DNA of 64,000 nucleotides, from assembly GCA_965203055.1 (NCBI GenBank), contig OZ241863.1:4480001-4544000 (forward strand). Direction: 5' to 3'. Below, piece by piece: positions 52,161-61,132 of this stretch (positions within the stretch are counted from its first letter, which is position 1; every line of letters begins with the position of its first letter). The notes under the pieces were generated by a model that was given only the letters and a program-made list of their open reading frames with translations, was not told the origin of the DNA and did not search any database. This stretch comes from Spirochaetia bacterium. Its GTDB lineage: Bacteria > Spirochaetota > Spirochaetia > SZUA-6 > Bin103. The translations under genes and the position numbers were made by a program.

Positions 52161-53495
52161 ATGGTTACCAAGGATCAGGTGCTAGGCGCGCTGGCGCAGA
52201 TCGTCGACCCCGATCTGGGACGCGACATCGTGGCGCTCGGGTTCATCACTACCCTGGAGATCGAGGACGGGCACGTGCTGGTGGAGATTCGCATCACCAC
52301 CCCCGCGTGTCCGGTGCGCGACCAGTTCAAGGCCGACGCCGAGCGGCTGGTGTCCGCGCTGGACGGGGTAAGGAGCGTGACCGTGTCCATCACCAGCGCG
52401 CCGCCGCAGTCCGCGGCGCAGCGGCCGGCCGCGCAGCGCTCCGGCGCTCCGCGCGAAAGCGGCCTCGATCAGGTGGGGGCGCTGATCGCCGTCGCCTCCT
52501 GCAAGGGAGGGGTGGGCAAGTCCACGGTGGCGGCGGCGCTGGCGTGCGAGCTGGCGCAGCGCGGCCACCGCGTCGGGCTGCTGGACACGGATATCTTCGG
52601 ACCGTCGATTCCGACGCTGTTCGACTGCCGTGACCTCGACCTGCAGGCCGCCCCCGGCAACCTGCTGCTGCCGGCCCAGGTCGGCGCCCTGAAGCTGATG
52701 TCGTTCGGGTTCTGGCTCGGCGACGCCCCGGCGGTGATGCGCGGGCCGATGGTTACCAACTACATCCAGCAGCTCCTGCACGGGGTCCAGTGGGGCGAGT
52801 TGGACTACCTGTTCCTCGATCTGCCGCCCGGTACCGGCGACATTCAGCTCACCATCACCCAGGCGGTGGAGCTCAACGGCGCGGTGGTGGTCACCACGCC
52901 GCAGCCGCTGGCGTTGGCGGACGTCGGCAAGGGCATCCTGATGTTCGACAAGGTGAGCGTGCCGGTGCTGGGAGTGGTCGAGAACATGGCCTACTTCGAA
53001 GCCGGCGGGGAGCGCCACGCGGTGTTCGGCAGCGGCGGCGGGCGCCGGCTGCAGGAGCGGTTCGGGATCGAGGTGCTGGGCCAGCTCCCACTCGACCCGC
53101 AGCGCTACGGCCGCACCTTCGGCGGTGAGTTGGACCTGCCGGAGATCGCGTTCGCCGCCGACCGGATGGTGCGCGCCCTGGGCCGGGCGTCGGTGGCGCG
53201 GGAGAGCATCAGCGTGGAGCACGACGCCGAGCGGATCACCCTGCGCTGGGCCGACGGCAAGGCCGTGTCGGTGGCCAACCGCGACTTGCGCGCGAGCTGC
53301 CGTTGCGCCCACTGCGTCAATGAGTTCAGCGGCGAGCGCACCGCCGACCCGGCGGCGATTCCGGCCGACGTGCACCCGCGCGAGATCCGCACCGTCGGCA
53401 ACTACGCGCTGTCGATCACCTGGAGCGACGGCCACAGCACCGGGCTGTTCCCCTATCCCACCATCGAGCAGCTCGCGGCGGCGGCCGCGGCATGA
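52161..53495 (+). CDS. Mrp/NBP35 Fe-S carrier ATPase with N-terminal DUF59 and C-terminal DUF971 (HCF101-like)
   Basis: DPDLGRDIV.LGF..TTPACP; ASCKGGVGKST; MRGPMV; DLPPGTGD; LRASCRCAHC..VGNYAL.I.WSDGHSTG. Confidence 0.9.
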   Translation: MVTKDQVLGALAQIVDPDLGRDIVALGFITTLEIEDGHVLVEIRITTPACPVRDQFKADAERLVSALDGVRSVTVSITSAPPQSAAQRPAAQRSGAPRESGLDQVGALIAVASCKGGVGKSTVAAALACELAQRGHRVGLLDTDIFGPSIPTLFDCRDLDLQAAPGNLLLPAQVGALKLMSFGFWLGDAPAVMRGPMVTNYIQQLLHGVQWGELDYLFLDLPPGTGDIQLTITQAVELNGAVVVTTPQPLALADVGKGILMFDKVSVPVLGVVENMAYFEAGGERHAVFGSGGGRRLQERFGIEVLGQLPLDPQRYGRTFGGELDLPEIAFAADRMVRALGRASVARESISVEHDAERITLRWADGKAVSVANRDLRASCRCAHCVNEFSGERTADPAAIPADVHPREIRTVGNYALSITWSDGHSTGLFPYPTIEQLAAAAAA

Positions 53496-53773
53496 GTCAC
53501 CGCCTGCGCATCTGCGTGGGGCCTACCTGCGGCGTCAACTTCTCGAGTGACCTGCTGGCGGAAGCGGAAGATCATCCCCGCGGCGACGTGGCGATGGAGC
53601 GTTGCGGGTGCCTCGGTCACTGCGAGGAGGGGCCCAACTTGATGCTGAACGACACCGTGCACGTGGACATGACTCCCGACCGGCTGCGCGCGCTGGTGGC
53701 GGCCCTGCCGCGGCTGCCGGCGGGGCTGGAGATCAGGCCTCCAGGACGGCGAGCATCTCCGCTACCGTGGTGA
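53492..53773 (+). CDS. Thioredoxin-like [2Fe-2S] ferredoxin
   Basis: [21 protein letters not shown] overlap with the Mrp stop. Confidence 0.85.
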   Translation: MSHRLRICVGPTCGVNFSSDLLAEAEDHPRGDVAMERCGCLGHCEEGPNLMLNDTVHVDMTPDRLRALVAALPRLPAGLEIRPPGRRASPLPW

Positions 53774-55106
53774 ACTTCTCGCGCGGCTTGCCGCGCGGCT
53801 TGCCGCGCGCCGTTTCCGCGGCGTCGATCCGCTGCCAGTCGGCGTAGCTGACCACGCGCACGTTGCGCGCCGCCAGCAGCTCGCGCAGCGGCGCGGTGTC
53901 CGGCGTCTCGCAGCCGGGCAGCGCCGGCAGGTCTTCGAGCAGCTTTTGAACCGTCTCCACGCTGTCGGGCTTGTTGGTGCCGATCACCCCCGACGGGCCG
54001 CGCTTGATCCAGCCGGCGGCGTACAGCCCCGGCACCGGCGCGCCCTCCGCGACGATGCGTCCGGCCTCGTTGGGGAACACCCCGCGCCGCGCCTCGAACG
54101 GCACGCCCGGCAGCTCGACGCCGCGGTACCCGACGCTGCGGAAGAACAGGCCGCAGCCCATCGGCTCGCTCGTCCCGGTGCCTTCCGCCCACTGATTGCC
54201 CGCCTCGCCGGCCAGCCGGTTGCGCTCCAGTACCAGCGACTCCACTCTGCCGTTCCCGCGCAGCTCGCGCGGACTGCGGAAGAAGTGGACGACGATGCGG
54301 CGGCTCTTGCCGGCCGGCTGCTGGGCGCGGAGTTCCTGCAGCACCTTCCAGTTGCGCCCGGCGCCGATGTTCGCGGCGTCGTCCAGCTCCGCCTGGCTGG
54401 CCGCGTTCAGCTCGAAGTCGTCCGGGTCGTTGAACACCAGGTCGCAGTCGGCCAGTTCGCCCAGCTCGCGAATCTCCTTGTTGGTAAAGGCGGCCTGCAC
54501 CGGTCCGCGGCGCCCCACCATGTGCACCTCCCGCACCCGGCTGGCGGCCAGCGCCTCGAGCGCGTGGGCGGCGATGTCGGTGTTCTTCAGCTCGTCCACC
54601 GTCTTGGCCAGTACCCGCGTCACGTCCACCGCGACGTTGCCCTGCCCGATCACCACCGCGACCTCCTGCGACAGATCGAAGGAGCGCTGCAGGTAGTCGG
54701 GATGGCCGTTGTACCAGCCGACGAACTCGGTGGCGGTGTGACTGCCGGCCAGCTCGATGCCGGGGATGTTCAGGCTGCGGTCGGTCTCCGCGCCGCAGGT
54801 AAAGATGACCGCGTCGTAGTGCGCGCGCAGCTCCTCCACGCTGACGTCGCGGGCCACCTGGACGTTGCCCAGAAAGCTGAAGGCGGCGTTCTTGGCGATG
54901 CGCTCGTAGATGCGGATGACGTTCTTGATCTTGGGATGATCGGGAGCGACGCCGCCGCGCACCAGGCCGAACGGCGTCGGCAGCCGGTCGTACATGTCGA
55001 CCGCCACCTCCGGTTCCGCTTTGATCAGCGCGTCGGCGGCGTAGAATCCGGAAGGGCCACTGCCCACGATGGCGACCCGCGCGGGGCGCCCTGAGATCGT
55101 GCTCAT
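53733..55106 (-). CDS. Ferredoxin-NADP+ reductase, FprA/adrenodoxin reductase type
   Basis: [58 protein letters not shown]. Confidence 0.93.
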   Translation of the reverse strand: MSTISGRPARVAIVGSGPSGFYAADALIKAEPEVAVDMYDRLPTPFGLVRGGVAPDHPKIKNVIRIYERIAKNAAFSFLGNVQVARDVSVEELRAHYDAVIFTCGAETDRSLNIPGIELAGSHTATEFVGWYNGHPDYLQRSFDLSQEVAVVIGQGNVAVDVTRVLAKTVDELKNTDIAAHALEALAASRVREVHMVGRRGPVQAAFTNKEIRELGELADCDLVFNDPDDFELNAASQAELDDAANIGAGRNWKVLQELRAQQPAGKSRRIVVHFFRSPRELRGNGRVESLVLERNRLAGEAGNQWAEGTGTSEPMGCGLFFRSVGYRGVELPGVPFEARRGVFPNEAGRIVAEGAPVPGLYAAGWIKRGPSGVIGTNKPDSVETVQKLLEDLPALPGCETPDTAPLRELLAARNVRVVSYADWQRIDAAETARGKPRGKPREKFTTVAEMLAVLEA

Positions 55107-55188
55107 GTTCTCTCCTGAGGGGGATGCGCGTCCTCGGCGTCCTCACCGGGCCCACTGGCCGCGGGCGGCATTTCGACGCTACTGTTCC

Positions 55189-55216
55189 ATCATATGGCGG
55201 TCTCCGGCCCTGTCAA
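55189..55216 (-). promoter_or_regulatory. Sigma70 promoter of the reductase
   Basis: TTGACA-16 bp-TATGAT. Confidence 0.65.
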
Positions 55217-55261
55217 CCGTTCGGCGCCGGCCGCGCGCCCGACCTTCCCCGGAACGCCGGC

Positions 55262-55426
55262 ATGCTGATCGCGGGGAAGGTGCTGCAGGCGGCGGCGCTG
55301 GCCTATCTGGGGGTAAGCTACGTGCTCACGCTGCCGGCCACCCCGCGCGGCCGCGACCTGGCAATCGCCGCCGGCGTGTTTCTGCTCGGCTGGCTCCTGG
55401 TCCGCAACGGGACCGGCAAGGCCTGA
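55262..55426 (+). CDS. Small two-TM membrane protein (54 aa)
   Basis: Two hydrophobic segments; TGATG coupling to the next ORF. Confidence 0.55.
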   Translation: MLIAGKVLQAAALAYLGVSYVLTLPATPRGRDLAIAAGVFLLGWLLVRNGTGKA

Positions 55427-55599
55427 TGCCCGACCGGCGCCGGCCCCCCGCGCCGCAGGCGCCCGGCGAGGGTCCTGCCCGCACCATTCTGAAGTTCGAC
55501 AGCGGCCGCCGCGGCTTTACGCGGGCCATCGTGGCCCTGGCCGTTGCCGCCGCCGGCCTGCTGCTGTTCGCCGTCTATTTCTTCTGGAACCTGTTATAG
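55426..55599 (+). CDS. Small C-terminally anchored membrane protein (57 aa)
   Basis: Basic N-terminus followed by one TM helix; translational coupling. Confidence 0.55.
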   Translation: MPDRRRPPAPQAPGEGPARTILKFDSGRRGFTRAIVALAVAAAGLLLFAVYFFWNLL

Positions 55600-55607
55600 C
55601 GCCGCGG

Positions 55608-55949
55608 TCAGCCCTCGGCGTCCTGGCGACCGCTCTCCTCCGGCGCCGCCGGGGACTCGGGGTCGGCCTTGCCGGCGAGATTGCGGAGTTGCTCCTTCAC
55701 CCGCCGGATGGTCTCGAAACCGTCCTGGATCTCGTCGAACAGCTTGCTGTTGGCCCGGATCCCCTCGGTCACGAGGAACGAGGCGGCGTGCGCGCGGTCG
55801 GCAAACACCTCCGCTTCGACCAGTTCGTCGATGCGCTTCAGACTATCGGCGTCCGGCCGCACCGTAATCGAGTTGGCGCGCGCATCCAGCGCTCCGGTAA
55901 CGGCATCGGTCGCTCCCGACACCAGGGTTTCTACTCTTCTCTTGAGCAT
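55608..55949 (-). CDS. Hypothetical protein with possible RHH-like core and coiled-coil tail
   Basis: Strong RBS GGAGGAGG and extended -10 TGgTATATT; ITVR..LKRIDELVEA..F..R..AA.FL..EGI. Confidence 0.7.
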   Translation of the reverse strand: MLKRRVETLVSGATDAVTGALDARANSITVRPDADSLKRIDELVEAEVFADRAHAASFLVTEGIRANSKLFDEIQDGFETIRRVKEQLRNLAGKADPESPAAPEESGRQDAEG

Positions 55950-56039
55950 CGAATCTCCTCCTCCGAAATATACCATACCACATCGCCGCCGCTTCCGCCC
56001 GCTGCCGGGCACCCGGCGAGCGCGAGAAGCAAGAAGACG

Positions 56040-56570
56040 TCAACCGTCCGGCGGCGCGGCATCCGGGGCGCCATCCGGGGCGGAGCGCCGCGGCTCGGTC
56101 ATGGCCACTACCAGCGCGGTGATGTCGCGGAAGGCGAGATGCTCGCGCCACAGCACGTAGTGAAAGTGAAGGAACGCGACCGCCACCAAGGCGCCGTGCA
56201 GGAAGCGGGGCACGGCCCGGGCGGCCACCGCGCCGCCGAGCGCCGCCTGCGCCAGGAACAGCAGGATGTTGAGGTAGATCTGGCCTGACACCGCGCCCCG
56301 GATGAAGCGCGCCCGCCCGGCAAGGTCAGGACCCGGCGCCGGCGGTTGCGGCTGCGCCGCCAGGTACTCGCGGATGTTGGTGCTGGTGCCCACGAAGAAG
56401 AAGACGGTCAAGGTCTGGGTGAACAGGTAGATGATGGCCGCGAGAAACGCGAAGGTAGGGTGCGGGGCGCCGAGGACCGCGAAGCCGAAGATTCCCTGCA
56501 ACCCGCTCAGCAGGAACAGCGCGTAGGTGAGCGCCCCCATCAGGTAGCAGACGTACATGAACAGCCACAT
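56040..56570 (-). CDS. Four-TM membrane protein with several His residues
   Basis: Hydrophobic ORF from ATG 56570, downstream of the ferredoxins. Confidence 0.7.
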   Translation of the reverse strand: MWLFMYVCYLMGALTYALFLLSGLQGIFGFAVLGAPHPTFAFLAAIIYLFTQTLTVFFFVGTSTNIREYLAAQPQPPAPGPDLAGRARFIRGAVSGQIYLNILLFLAQAALGGAVAARAVPRFLHGALVAVAFLHFHYVLWREHLAFRDITALVVAMTEPRRSAPDGAPDAAPPDG

Positions 56571-56629
56571 GGGAGTTGCTTGCCTGGGGGTGTCCGGCAG
56601 TCGGCCGCGCGGTCTCCTGCCGGATGCCG

Positions 56630-56965
56630 TCAGCCGTCGATGGTAATGCCGTACTGAGCTTCGAACTGCGCCGTGGGCAGCATGCGGATGGCGTCCCAGG
56701 TGAGCTGGGTGCACACCCGGGCGCAGATCTGGCAGCCGATGCACTCGTTGAAGCGGATCTGCACCGGCGGGATCGGGCGGTTGTCGTACACGTCTGCCGC
56801 CACCGCCTCGATGCAGTCGACCGGGCAGAACGGGACGCACACCTGACAGCCGGTGCAGTTGTCCTCATCCACCACGGCCATCAGCTTGGGCTTGCGCTTC
56901 TTGGTCTGCATGGCCTTCGGCAGCTCGGGGATCGACTTGTAGAAATTCTGCCGCGCCTTGGCCAT
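56630..56965 (-). CDS. 2[4Fe-4S] ferredoxin-like protein with basic N-terminus
   Basis: CTGCQVCVPFCP and CIGCQICARVC. Confidence 0.9.
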   Translation of the reverse strand: MAKARQNFYKSIPELPKAMQTKKRKPKLMAVVDEDNCTGCQVCVPFCPVDCIEAVAADVYDNRPIPPVQIRFNECIGCQICARVCTQLTWDAIRMLPTAQFEAQYGITIDG

Positions 56966-56997
56966 GGTGCTAGTCCCTCGTCAACGCCGCGCCGCCG

Positions 56998-57252
56998 CTA
57001 CTTGAAGTAGTTGGCGTTGATCTCAATGAAGTGCGCCCACTTGTCCGGGAGCTCACTCTCTTCGAAGATGGCGTCCACCGGGCACTCCGGGACGCACGCG
57101 GCGCAGTCGATGCACTCATCCGGGTCGATGTAGAGCTGCTTGTCGGCAGGTTCGTCATACCCGTCCGCCGGATGGATGCAGTCCACGGGGCACACCTCGA
57201 CGCAGGAGGTGTCGCAGGTACCGATGCAAGGCTCAGCGATGATGTAGGCCAT
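56998..57252 (-). CDS. Ferredoxin (FdxA-like)
   Basis: MAYIIAEPCIGTCDTSCVEVCPVDCIH..IDPDECIDCAACVPECPVDAI. Confidence 0.93.
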   Translation of the reverse strand: MAYIIAEPCIGTCDTSCVEVCPVDCIHPADGYDEPADKQLYIDPDECIDCAACVPECPVDAIFEESELPDKWAHFIEINANYFK

Positions 57253-57262
57253 GAGTGCCCTA

Positions 57263-57290
57263 AAGCTACTGATCAGCGGCCGTTTGTCAA
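57263..57290 (-). promoter_or_regulatory. Sigma70 promoter of the ferredoxin operon
   Basis: TTGACA-16 bp-TAGCTT, 10 bp upstream of the ATG. Confidence 0.65.
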
Positions 57291-57393
57291 GCGCTATTCG
57301 CGCCGTCCGGTCTGCGGCCAGCCGCGGCCCGCGGGCGCCGCGGGCCGCGCGTGATCTTGTGGCAGCGGGCGCGGGTGGTGCATTGTCGCGGAG

Positions 57394-58356
57394 ATGACGG
57401 ATCCGCGGCGCGGCGGGAAGGTGCGGCTGTACACTCATGCGGCCTGCGCCGGGCATGACCCCGGCCGCGGGCACCGCGAGCGCCCGGAGCGTCTGGCGGC
57501 CATCGCCGCCGCGCTGGATGCCGCCGGTCTGGCCGAACGGCTGCAGCGGTGCGAGCCGCGGCCCGCGCCGCGGGCGGCCCTCGAACGGGTGCACGCCGCC
57601 TCCTACGTGGAAATGATCCTGGGCCTGCGCGGCCGCAGCCGGCGGCTGGACGCCGACACCGTGGTGGGACCGGGCAGCGTGGACGCGGCGCTCCATGCCG
57701 CCGGCGCGGCCCTGGACGCCGCCGCGGCGGTGCTTGCCGGCGACGCCCGCGCGGCGCTGTGCGCGGTACGCCCGCCCGGGCATCATGCGGAACGCGACCG
57801 CGCGATGGGTTTTTGCCTGTTCAACAACGTTGCGGCAGCGGCCGCGGCGGCGTTGGCCGGGCCGCTGCAGCGTGTGCTGGTGTTCGATCCGGACGTGCAT
57901 CACGGCAACGGTATCCAGCACCTGTTCTACCGGTCGCCGGCCGTGTACTACGTCTCGATCCACCAGTACCCCTTCTACCCCGGCACCGGCGCCGCCGGCG
58001 AGCGGGGGGCCGGCGCCGGCCTCGGCTACACCCTCAACCTGCCGCTGCCCGCGGGCTCGGGCGACGACGAATACCTGGCCGCGAGCGAACGGCAGGTGCT
58101 GCCGGCGCTGCGCGCCTTCGCCCCGCAGTTGGTGATCGTTTCCGCCGGTTTCGACGCCCACCACAGCGATCCGCTGGGAATGATGCGCGTTTCCACCGCC
58201 GGCTTCACCGCGATGTACCGGTTGTTGCTCGATGAGTTGGACCGGCTGCGCGTTCCCCACCTGTTCGTGCTGGAGGGCGGCTACCACCTCGCCGCGCTCG
58301 GCGAGTGCGTGGCGGCTCTGCTTGCCGAGCTGACCGCCCGCTACCAGCCGCGCTGA
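57394..58356 (+). CDS. Histone deacetylase family protein
   Basis: H.ERPERL, RPPGHHA, GFCLFNN, DVHHGNG, SAGFDAH..DPL, LEGGY. Confidence 0.94.
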   Translation: MTDPRRGGKVRLYTHAACAGHDPGRGHRERPERLAAIAAALDAAGLAERLQRCEPRPAPRAALERVHAASYVEMILGLRGRSRRLDADTVVGPGSVDAALHAAGAALDAAAAVLAGDARAALCAVRPPGHHAERDRAMGFCLFNNVAAAAAAALAGPLQRVLVFDPDVHHGNGIQHLFYRSPAVYYVSIHQYPFYPGTGAAGERGAGAGLGYTLNLPLPAGSGDDEYLAASERQVLPALRAFAPQLVIVSAGFDAHHSDPLGMMRVSTAGFTAMYRLLLDELDRLRVPHLFVLEGGYHLAALGECVAALLAELTARYQPR

Positions 58357-58442
58357 CGCTTCCGGCGGTGCGCCGGCGCTCCCCCCCGCCGGCCCGTGGC
58401 GGGCGGTTGATGGCGGCTCGGTATCTCCGTAGACTGCCGGCG

Positions 58443-59408
58443 ATGGATACCGCCGACCAGCGGCCTGAAGTGTCCGTGCCCGACTACCGCGGCAACGGCA
58501 TGCCGGAACCGGCGGCCGCCTCCGGCGGCGGCAACGGCGCCACCCCGGAGGCCGAGGCCAAGCCGCCGGAGCAGCGCTCGTTCATCAGCGTCATCATCCA
58601 CTCGTTCTTCATCATCCCGTTTCTGATCGCGGTGTTCGCCGGGCTGCTGTTGGTCACTTGGCGGATCCTGACCAACGAGCCGCATACGGTGTACGACTAT
58701 CTCGCCGACGTGAAGGTCGGCGGCGCCACCAAGCGCTGGCAGGCGGCGTTCGAACTGTCCAAGATCCTGGCCGACCCGGAACGGGTGCCGGCCGAGCAGC
58801 GCTTCGTGGCCGAGATGATGGCGGTCTTCGAGGCTTCCGAACGGGACGACCCGCGGGTCCGCCAGTACTTGGCGCTGGCCATGGCGCAGGCGGGCAATGA
58901 GGCGTTCCTGGAGCCGATCGGCGCCGCGCTGGCGGAGGAGTCGGAGGGAACCCGCTTCATGCTGCTGGTGGCGCTGGGTATGTTTGGCAGCGAGGCGGTG
59001 CTGCCGCAGGTGCTGCCCTACCTGACCGACGAGTCGGGGCGGGTGCGCTCCGGGGCGGCTACCGCCCTGGGACTGGCCGGCAACCGGGCCGCGCTGGAGC
59101 CGCTGCAGCGCGCGCTGCACGATCCCGAACCGGCGGTGACCTGGGACGCCGCCCTGGCGTTGGCCCGTCTGGGCGACCTGGGCGGCAAGGCGATCCTGCT
59201 GGCGCTGCTCGACCGCGGGCATCTGGGGCAGTTCCCGAACGTGGACGATAGAGACCAGAATCTGCTGATGGCTACGGTGATCAAGGCGGTCGCGGGGTTC
59301 GCCGATCCCGAGCTGGAGGCGCGCGTTGCCGCGCTGGCGCGAGATGACCCAAGTTTGGACGTGCGGCGAATTGCACAGCAGGCGGTAAGTAATTATGGTA
59401 AGCGTTGA
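58443..59408 (+). CDS. Membrane-anchored HEAT-repeat protein
   Basis: N-terminal TM, RWQAAFEL, repeated D....VR..AA.ALG units. Confidence 0.82.
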   Translation: MDTADQRPEVSVPDYRGNGMPEPAAASGGGNGATPEAEAKPPEQRSFISVIIHSFFIIPFLIAVFAGLLLVTWRILTNEPHTVYDYLADVKVGGATKRWQAAFELSKILADPERVPAEQRFVAEMMAVFEASERDDPRVRQYLALAMAQAGNEAFLEPIGAALAEESEGTRFMLLVALGMFGSEAVLPQVLPYLTDESGRVRSGAATALGLAGNRAALEPLQRALHDPEPAVTWDAALALARLGDLGGKAILLALLDRGHLGQFPNVDDRDQNLLMATVIKAVAGFADPELEARVAALARDDPSLDVRRIAQQAVSNYGKR

Positions 59409-59445
59409 CGGCGGCGTACCGAGCCGGGAACCAGAGTAGAGGACG

Positions 59446-60252
59446 ATGAACCAACCAGACGCGAAGGCCGGTAGCGGCCCCCAGGCGCCGAAGCCGCGGA
59501 ACGCGGGCGCGGCGGGCGGTTCCGAAGCGGGCGCGGAAGCGCCGGGCGGCGGCGCGCCGCAAGCTGCCGCGCAGAGCGACCCGGCCCCGGCCGCCGCAGC
59601 AGCGGCCGAGACCGGAACGGCCCGCGGCGCCGGTGCGCGCCGCGCCGCGGGCGCAGGCGGTGCGCGTGCGGCCGGCGCCCGGGCCGCGCGCGCCGGTGCC
59701 GGCGCCCGCTCCACCGCGGCGGTGAGCCCGCGTTCCGGCGGCGCCGCCGCGTCCGCCGGGACCGGCGACGTGTCGCGGCGCGGCTTTCTTTCCTGGATCA
59801 GCGCCGGTTGGCTGGCGTTCGCGGCGCTGACCGCCGGCACCCTGATCGGCACCGTGCGCTATCTGTTTCCCAACGTGCTGTTCGAGCCGCCGCAGACCTT
59901 CCGCGCCGGGTTTCCCGAGGAATACACCGTGGGCGACGTGTCGACCCGCTTCAAGGATCAGTTCGGAGTGTGGATCGTGCGTTCGACCACCGAGATCTAC
60001 GTGCTGTCCACCATCTGCACGCACCTCGGCTGCACGCCGAACTGGCTGGACGGCGAGCAGAAGTTCAAGTGCCCGTGCCACGGCAGCGGGTTTCGCAAGA
60101 CCGGCATCAACTTCGAGGGTCCGGCGCCGCGCCCGCTGGAGCGCTACCGCGTGGCGCTGGCCGACGACGGCCAGATCCTGGTGGACAAGACGCGCAAGTA
60201 TCAATGGGAGAAGGGCGAATGGAGCGATCCCGAGTCGTTCCTGGCGGTATAG
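59446..60252 (+). CDS. Rieske Fe-S subunit of a Rieske/cytochrome b complex
   Basis: Tat motif SRRGFL plus TM; CTHLGC and CPCHGS; GPAPRPL. Confidence 0.93.
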   Translation: MNQPDAKAGSGPQAPKPRNAGAAGGSEAGAEAPGGGAPQAAAQSDPAPAAAAAAETGTARGAGARRAAGAGGARAAGARAARAGAGARSTAAVSPRSGGAAASAGTGDVSRRGFLSWISAGWLAFAALTAGTLIGTVRYLFPNVLFEPPQTFRAGFPEEYTVGDVSTRFKDQFGVWIVRSTTEIYVLSTICTHLGCTPNWLDGEQKFKCPCHGSGFRKTGINFEGPAPRPLERYRVALADDGQILVDKTRKYQWEKGEWSDPESFLAV

Positions 60253-60279
60253 GATGAACACGAGGAGTAACGCGATCTG

Positions 60280-61131
60280 ATGGCTGACACCGAAACCCGT
60301 CCGCCGCGCGGCAAAGCCGCGCGCGGCGGCGGCCGGGGCTCTGGCGGCGGCAAGGGGCCGGGGCCGCTGCAGTGGCTGGCCGAATCACAGGTAATCAAGT
60401 CGATCTTCCGCACCGGCATCCCGCGCACCCGCCGGCAGCGCATGATGGGGGTGCTCAACAACGTCTTTCTGCACCTCCATCCGGTGCGCCTGCCCAAGCA
60501 CGCGGTCAAGGTGAAGTACACCTGGTGCATGGGAGGGCTCTCCTTCTTCATCTTCCTGGTGCTGACCATCACCGGCATCCTGCTGATGTTCTACTACCGG
60601 CCCACGGTGGAAGCCGCCTACGGCGACATCATCGACCTCGGCTCGCAGGTGCCGTTGGGGATCATGCGCGAGATCCATCGCTGGGGCGCCCACCTGATGG
60701 TGATCACCGTGTGGCTGCACATGTTCCGGGTGTTCATGACCGGCTCCTACAAGCCGCCGCGCGAATTCAACTGGTTGATCGGCGTTCTGCTGCTCACGCT
60801 GACCATGTTCCTGAGCTATACCGGCTACCTGCTGCCGTGGGACCAGCTCGCCATCTGGGCGGTCACGGTAGGCGCCAACATGGCGCGCGCGGCCCCGTTC
60901 CTGGGCCACGAAGGACCGGGCGCGTCGCTGCTGTCGATCGGCGACGTCAACTTCGTGCACGCCGGCGCCGACGCCAAGTTCGCGCTGCTCGGCGGCCGTT
61001 TTCTGGGAGAGGCCACGCTGCTGCGCTTCTACGTGCTGCACTGCATCGGCGTGCCGTTCATCGTCATGATCCTGATGATCGTTCACTTCTGGCGCATCCG
61101 GAAGGACGGCGGGATTTCAGGGCCCACCTGA
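60280..61131 (+). CDS. Cytochrome b6-like subunit (N-terminal half of a split cytochrome b)
   Basis: YTWCMGG, IHRW..LH, TGYLLPWDQ, RFYVLH-x14-H, GISGP. Confidence 0.93.
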   Translation: MADTETRPPRGKAARGGGRGSGGGKGPGPLQWLAESQVIKSIFRTGIPRTRRQRMMGVLNNVFLHLHPVRLPKHAVKVKYTWCMGGLSFFIFLVLTITGILLMFYYRPTVEAAYGDIIDLGSQVPLGIMREIHRWGAHLMVITVWLHMFRVFMTGSYKPPREFNWLIGVLLLTLTMFLSYTGYLLPWDQLAIWAVTVGANMARAAPFLGHEGPGASLLSIGDVNFVHAGADAKFALLGGRFLGEATLLRFYVLHCIGVPFIVMILMIVHFWRIRKDGGISGPT

Positions 61132-61132
61132 C

